This document shows, one piece after another, positions 59,081 to 64,000 of a stretch of 64,000 nt of DNA. A program made the position numbers and the translations under genes. Source of the stretch: an uncultured Nitrososphaerota archaeon (lineage in GTDB: Archaea; Thermoproteota; EX4484-205; JAAOZO01); contig CAYOYV010000007.1 of assembly GCA_964408285.1 (NCBI GenBank), forward strand, positions 1 through 64,000. Reading direction: 5' to 3'. The notes beneath the pieces are model-generated. The model made no database searches and was not told the DNA's origin. It was given only the letters and a program-made list of their open reading frames with translations. Position 1 is the first letter of the stretch. Each line of letters opens with the position of its first letter.

Positions 59081-59433
59081 AGAAGAACCCCGCTGTGATG
59101 CCGAATAGCCGTATACACTGAGCTGTTCAGCAAGAGATTGGCTGTATTCCCTTGAGGGATTCCATTGTTCCACATCCTGAGCGTTGTCATTTGATGCGTG
59201 TCCATTAGGTGACGAGAAGAGGGCGATTAGGAGCCACCTATGCGATTCTTGGGACCTACATGTCGATCGGCAGCTTCCTCCCCTGCTTTCAAAACACGAG
59301 AAATGGATGAAATTGACGACTATCCTGAGAGAATCCCGCGCACAACTGCGTCCGCACTGCACTAGAATAGTATGTACATAAAGCATTTGACAAAGCGATA
59401 TTAGGGGACAATCAGCAGCACAATAGAGACTGA

Positions 59434-60975
59434 ATGCTCTGGAGTAAAACTCCAGAACGGCGGAAGGTGGCAGAGATATTCGAGATTCTAAAGGAGAAGG
59501 ATCCGGGCAAACGGCTTGATGGGATTCCTCCGCTCGTCGGATTAGGCTCCCGTTCTCCGGAGCTTCTGCCTGAACTAGTGGATGACGAGAACATGTATAT
59601 CAGAACCTCAGCAGCCTTTGCAATGTCCAATGTTATTAGAAATATTCCAGAGCTTCGACACGATTTGGCTGGTCATGCATTCGAAATGCTGAAACATGAG
59701 GATTATGTCATTAGAACATATGCCGCGTCGCTTCTCGGGACGGCGGCTTCCGTTTCTCCAGAGTCCGTAGTCGACATTGTTCCAAGGTTGGCAAATTTGG
59801 TCGGAGAAGGCGGGCCACAGGGTTACTTCGCGTGCTTGGCGGCGGGCGAGATAGCGCTCAGGTGTCCCACACTGGTTGAGCCGATCATGCCAAAGATGAT
59901 GGGATTCATGTTACTTGGAGAGAAGCCAACATGTGAGAGGTCCCTCATAGCACTGGAGAGAATCAGCCGTAAGGCCCCCATTCTTCTCCACAAATTCGTT
60001 CCTGAGCTCATGGCCTGCATCAAGAAAACCAAAGAACCATCAATGGGATTGGAGGCGGCCGTGATGCTTGCGCGCGTTTCCATTTCGTCTTCCGATGTGC
60101 GCAGAAAATCAGTATGGCCTCTTGCCAGCCGATTGATGGGAGATGAGAGCGTAATTGCTCGCGCGGCTTCAGTCTATCTGATGGGCGAAATCGGACTCAG
60201 AGAACCAGAACTCGTGATGGACGCAATATCCCAAGTTCCAAGCTTCCTGCAAGACAACGCGGCAGTCCGTTCGTTACTGGCCATAGCAATTGGCAGGATC
60301 GGATCCAGATTGCCAGTGATGGCTGAAAACGCAATGCCTTCGATCATGCGCCTCATCGACGATTCGGACCTATTGACCAGAGCAGCAGCTGCCGTGAGCC
60401 TCAGATACATAGCAATGAGTTACCCTGAGGTGCTGAAGGAGGCCCTGCCGAGTATCGGCGCCCTGCTCGAGGACAGCGACCCAACCAAACGCGGCATTGC
60501 AGCAATCGGCGTCAGGTTAGTTGCGTCTGTGTCAACTGAATTCAATGGTGAGGTCATGGATCGGGCTTTGGATCTGATTGCTGAGAGAGATGTTGAAGCG
60601 AGGAGGCGCACGGCAGTTGCCTTTCGCATGATCTCCAGATGCTATCATCCAGAAGTCGATGACGGGATTATTACGGACATCACTGAACTCTTGGACGATG
60701 ACGATTCAACGGTCAGGGACAATGGGCTATTGGCAATAAGGGACATCATATCGAGCTATCCTGATCTTGCAAAGGAGTGGGCTCCTCGCGTGGCCATGAT
60801 GTTCAACGACAGGGACAGCACAGTTCGGGCGGAAGCAGCATACGTCATCGGCGAAGTTGCCATAAGCGACCCAATACTTGCAAAGCATGTCGCACTACCA
60901 GGCATAATCCGATTACTAGACGATGAGCCGAGCGTGTCCAGCAACGCAGCATTCAGCCTAGGCAGAATAATGTAG
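59434..60975 (+). CDS. HEAT-repeat protein
   Basis: Recurrent LL.D.D..VR..AA.ALG units. Confidence 0.85.
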   Translation: MLWSKTPERRKVAEIFEILKEKDPGKRLDGIPPLVGLGSRSPELLPELVDDENMYIRTSAAFAMSNVIRNIPELRHDLAGHAFEMLKHEDYVIRTYAASLLGTAASVSPESVVDIVPRLANLVGEGGPQGYFACLAAGEIALRCPTLVEPIMPKMMGFMLLGEKPTCERSLIALERISRKAPILLHKFVPELMACIKKTKEPSMGLEAAVMLARVSISSSDVRRKSVWPLASRLMGDESVIARAASVYLMGEIGLREPELVMDAISQVPSFLQDNAAVRSLLAIAIGRIGSRLPVMAENAMPSIMRLIDDSDLLTRAAAAVSLRYIAMSYPEVLKEALPSIGALLEDSDPTKRGIAAIGVRLVASVSTEFNGEVMDRALDLIAERDVEARRRTAVAFRMISRCYHPEVDDGIITDITELLDDDDSTVRDNGLLAIRDIISSYPDLAKEWAPRVAMMFNDRDSTVRAEAAYVIGEVAISDPILAKHVALPGIIRLLDDEPSVSSNAAFSLGRIM

Positions 60976-61004
60976 TTGGTGCTGGTTCATTCAATTTGAC
61001 TGGT

Positions 61005-63323
61005 TCAGCGTTTCTTTCGTATTGTCTCAAGCGATGTCGCGGCAATCGCTCCGAGTATCATACCAATAACTGCGCCGATTACTAGGAATGTGATTTTCGC
61101 AGGAGTTATCAGTGGCTCGACCGGCTGCAATATGCTGAGAATTATCTTCTCGCTATCAGACGCCTTATAGTAAGCTTGCTCTTCGACATGAGACATGAGC
61201 TCGTATTGCCCGGGTGAGAAATCAGAAACGAATAGGCCGTAGGCACCATCCTTGTCAGTCCTCAGGATAGATGACCAAGTTGCCTTCTTGCTGGAGACGA
61301 CTACAATAACACCGATGTCCTCGACGGGCCTACCCTTTGCGTCCTTTACCGAGCCACTCAGCAAGGCTGTAGAGCCGAATGTCATAGATGTTGCATTTGA
61401 CCTCAGGGTGATAGTCGTTGAAGCTTTCTCGACTCTCATCGGAATGATCGTGCTGCTTCCCAGATAGAACTTGCTTCCCTCCCAGAAAACGAGAGCCATG
61501 TAGTCTCCGTCTGCGAATTTTACCGACATGTTATAAGAGAATCTGCCCTGATCATCAGTCTCAACGCTGGCCAGGGCAGTTTGTGTACCGTCATCGTTGA
61601 GCAACTTGATTGTCACTTCGGCCTTCTGTTCCGGAGTTATTGCGCCGCTCAGCATGATCTCGTCTCCGTACTGCGGCGATGATGAATTCAGAGCAGCGGT
61701 AAGCGTGCTTGGCATCTTCTCTATTATCCCCACCTCGAGTTGACTTGTCACCGTTACTCCTCCGTAGCTGCACTCTATGAGGACTGTGTAGTTGCCTTTG
61801 GCTGGAGGAACGGAGCCCACTATCAACGTTAGCGCCGCTGAAACAGATCCGAATTTCTGCATGTTTAGCGTTTCCTCTCCGATCTTTGACACCAGCCCAG
61901 GTGGAAGGCCCCTGAGAGTTATCCTCGGCTGGATCGTATAGTTTGTCTCCGAGGCGACCTCAATCTTCACCGAGGCATTGTAACCGCTGAGATTCGGAAG
62001 CGTCACGTAGTTCGGCGCTATAGAAAGCGTGAATTTCGGGGGAGGCAGTTTCACTACCAGCCTTATGTCAAGGGTGTGATTTTTCCCTCCGCCGAAGGCA
62101 GAGATCCGAAACACGATATCTCCCGGGACAGAGTTCCAGCTTGCGTACAGACTCAGAAATGACGATGCCTTCCCACCCGCAGATAGAGCCAACGAGGTTG
62201 TAGAGAGATTCGCGACAACGCCTTCTGGAATCCCAGACAAGGCGAGATTGACGGACGATGAGAAACCGTATTTTGATCTAATCGTCAAGTTGATGCCTTG
62301 CTTCGTTCCGCCGACCACCAACGTGAGCGATGTGATATTGGCTTCCAGCGAGAAATCCGGCTCAGCTACCTCGAATGCAGCTATGCGTGAGGCGGACTCA
62401 TACTCATCATTTCCGGGCCAATAAGCCTGAACTTCATAGTTACCGATTTCAGTTGGAGTGTTTGTCCAAGTATATGTGAAGGAACTGGATGAATCAGTTG
62501 AAATTACGGTTATGGTGATCCAAGTTCCTGTAACAGACCTATAGAATAGCGATATTGCCGTCCCACCCATGGTTGGAGAGAGGGATCCGCTAATGACAAT
62601 TTGGGTTCCTGCATTTATTGCGTTTGGAGATAGAGTTAGCGATATTGAACTCTCCTTCTTCCTCGCCGAGAATGTGGCTGGAGAACTTGTCGCTCCTTGG
62701 TAATCATTGTTTCCCGCCCAACTCGCCTGAACTTGATATGTCCCGAGTTGATCCGGCGTGTAGCTGTCAGAATAGGCTCCACCTGAGGAAGTCGTCCGAG
62801 TGCGAATCTCTGAGCCACCTCCGGGCTTGGTATAGGTTATCGCGACCGAGACTCCCACGACAGCTGGAAAGATGGCACCGGAGATTGTAACACTCTGCCC
62901 TCTCAGGACTGACGGCGGAGAGGCGGAGCAAGAAATGCTCGTCGCAATTCTGGGTACAATAACATCTAACCGCATACTTGAGGAGTTAAGGGGCACTGTC
63001 TGTGAATTCGATCCAGATCTTGAACCGAAGGTTGCTTGAACAGTTATTAAGTCTCCGGGGCCGTTTACAGTGAGCGTGACTGCATACCTGCCTTGCGGAT
63101 CGGTAGTCGTTGATCCCTGATCTATTGGAGATCTCACGACCACCGTTGCTCCAGATAAGGCACTCCCTATGTCATCTCTAACGAACCCGTAGACATTGAA
63201 CGGTACACCAATCCCCATTACAGAACTCAGGCTGCAGGAACCCAAGAGCAACATTATCAGCGTGAGTAGTATGATCCAATGGGATCGTGATCTTGAGTCG
63301 GCCACCATCGTTGGATTCCCCAT
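61005..63323 (-). CDS. Surface protein with carboxypeptidase-regulatory-like and Ig-like domains and a C-terminal TM
   Basis: Signal/TM N-terminus, repeated G.Y.VQA.W.G..Y motifs, C-terminal TM plus RKKR. Confidence 0.82.
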   Translation of the reverse strand: MGNPTMVADSRSRSHWIILLTLIMLLLGSCSLSSVMGIGVPFNVYGFVRDDIGSALSGATVVVRSPIDQGSTTTDPQGRYAVTLTVNGPGDLITVQATFGSRSGSNSQTVPLNSSSMRLDVIVPRIATSISCSASPPSVLRGQSVTISGAIFPAVVGVSVAITYTKPGGGSEIRTRTTSSGGAYSDSYTPDQLGTYQVQASWAGNNDYQGATSSPATFSARKKESSISLTLSPNAINAGTQIVISGSLSPTMGGTAISLFYRSVTGTWITITVISTDSSSSFTYTWTNTPTEIGNYEVQAYWPGNDEYESASRIAAFEVAEPDFSLEANITSLTLVVGGTKQGINLTIRSKYGFSSSVNLALSGIPEGVVANLSTTSLALSAGGKASSFLSLYASWNSVPGDIVFRISAFGGGKNHTLDIRLVVKLPPPKFTLSIAPNYVTLPNLSGYNASVKIEVASETNYTIQPRITLRGLPPGLVSKIGEETLNMQKFGSVSAALTLIVGSVPPAKGNYTVLIECSYGGVTVTSQLEVGIIEKMPSTLTAALNSSSPQYGDEIMLSGAITPEQKAEVTIKLLNDDGTQTALASVETDDQGRFSYNMSVKFADGDYMALVFWEGSKFYLGSSTIIPMRVEKASTTITLRSNATSMTFGSTALLSGSVKDAKGRPVEDIGVIVVVSSKKATWSSILRTDKDGAYGLFVSDFSPGQYELMSHVEEQAYYKASDSEKIILSILQPVEPLITPAKITFLVIGAVIGMILGAIAATSLETIRKKR

Positions 63324-63324
63324 G

Positions 63325-64000
63325 TCAGCCAGCTTCATAATATAAATCGCACTCCACATTTGAGAAAACAAAATACCCACATCCGGGAACAATCGCAAAG
63401 TCAGGCTGAGGTATTCCGAATTCGGCCAGTTTTCGGTCATGCGATGTGTATTTCTGAGTGGTGGAATTGAAAGCAAAAACGCTGTCGATTGCGCTGAAAC
63501 GAATGAAGGCTGAAGTGACATTGCTATTCTCTGTATAAGTCCATCCCAGCAAGTTGTAACCTGTTTTCAAGTGTACATTCCGCCGAAAGACGTTGTCTAT
63601 TCCAATTAAAGTGAAGTCTTTGTCACTTTCTACATACACGAAGTAGCCGGCGTTCGGCTCTATCTCGAAGTCCGGTTGAGGTATCCCGAACTCTACCAGC
63701 TTTCTGTCATATGACACATAGTTTCCAGCAGTGGCGTTGTACATGAAAACGCTCTGCGAAGCATTCCCGATCAGTTTGAGCAGCGATGATGCCGTGAGAC
63801 TCTCATTCAACAGGGGCAAAGACATCAGGTTATAACCCTGCTTGAGATGTAAAGTCATATTGCGTTTTGTGCCAAACTTCACCCGAAGGGATCTCCATTT
63901 GAGTCCCTCAGTGATCCCCTGCGCTTCCCTGCCCGTTGCGTTATATAGATAGTCGCCGACCACGTTGGCCGTGACATTGAAGATGGCGTAGCCTGAAGAA
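63325..64000 (-). CDS. 3' part of a surface/secreted protein (runs off the window) with two tandem C-terminal repeats
   Basis: HLKQGYNL...RKLVEFGIPQPDF.I.P..GYFV repeated as HLKTGYNL...RKLAEFGIPQPDF.I.P..GYFV. Confidence 0.75.
   Translation of the reverse strand, partial: SSGYAIFNVTANVVGDYLYNATGREAQGITEGLKWRSLRVKFGTKRNMTLHLKQGYNLMSLPLLNESLTASSLLKLIGNASQSVFMYNATAGNYVSYDRKLVEFGIPQPDFEIEPNAGYFVYVESDKDFTLIGIDNVFRRNVHLKTGYNLLGWTYTENSNVTSAFIRFSAIDSVFAFNSTTQKYTSHDRKLAEFGIPQPDFAIVPGCGYFVFSNVECDLYYEAG

Noticed and set aside
27392-60165. CGCGCG hexamers inside coding regions (27392, 43828, 60071, 60160)
   Set aside because: They encode ordinary Ala/Arg codons in coherent domains with no sign of a breakpoint; treated as background.
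1-64000. Classical integron cassette array
   Set aside because: No intI and no recurrent RYYYAAC...GTTRRRY attC hairpins seen. Genes occur on both strands and mostly carry their own promoters.
1-64000. CRISPR array, tRNA or rRNA
   Set aside because: No 23-47-bp regularly spaced repeats and no cloverleaf or rRNA signatures seen by eye.
1-64000. Numerous antisense/overlapping ORFs in the track (e.g. 49763-50443, 50767-51408, 58700-59386, 22355-22897)
   Set aside because: They are shadows of well-supported genes on the opposite strand, with no recognisable motifs.

Overview
Archaeal chromosome segment, about 50% GC. TTAA/TTTA promoter boxes, GGTGA/GGAGG ribosome-binding sites and the gene repertoire suggest Bathyarchaeia or a related Thermoproteota lineage (inference). 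About 55 mostly unlinked accessory genes are present: an MNT-HEPN pair, hydrolases, oxidoreductases, three alkylation-repair genes, ABC/MFS transporters and surface proteins. I recognised no core housekeeping genes, rRNA, tRNA, CRISPR array, integrase or transposase. The main unexplained signal is that gene boundaries repeatedly carry short (CG)3-4 tracts or purine-pyrimidine-alternating variants of them. Several of these tracts sit exactly at breakpoints: a truncated 88%-identical nitroreductase 3' end fused in frame to another gene start, an 80%-identical promoter copy cut at its start-codon position, and gene C-termini apparently overwritten by the tract. Intact tracts concentrate in the first ~21 kb. 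The working hypothesis is a gene/fragment accretion system that joins DNA pieces from related organisms at CG-repeat junctions. All counts and alignments were done by eye.
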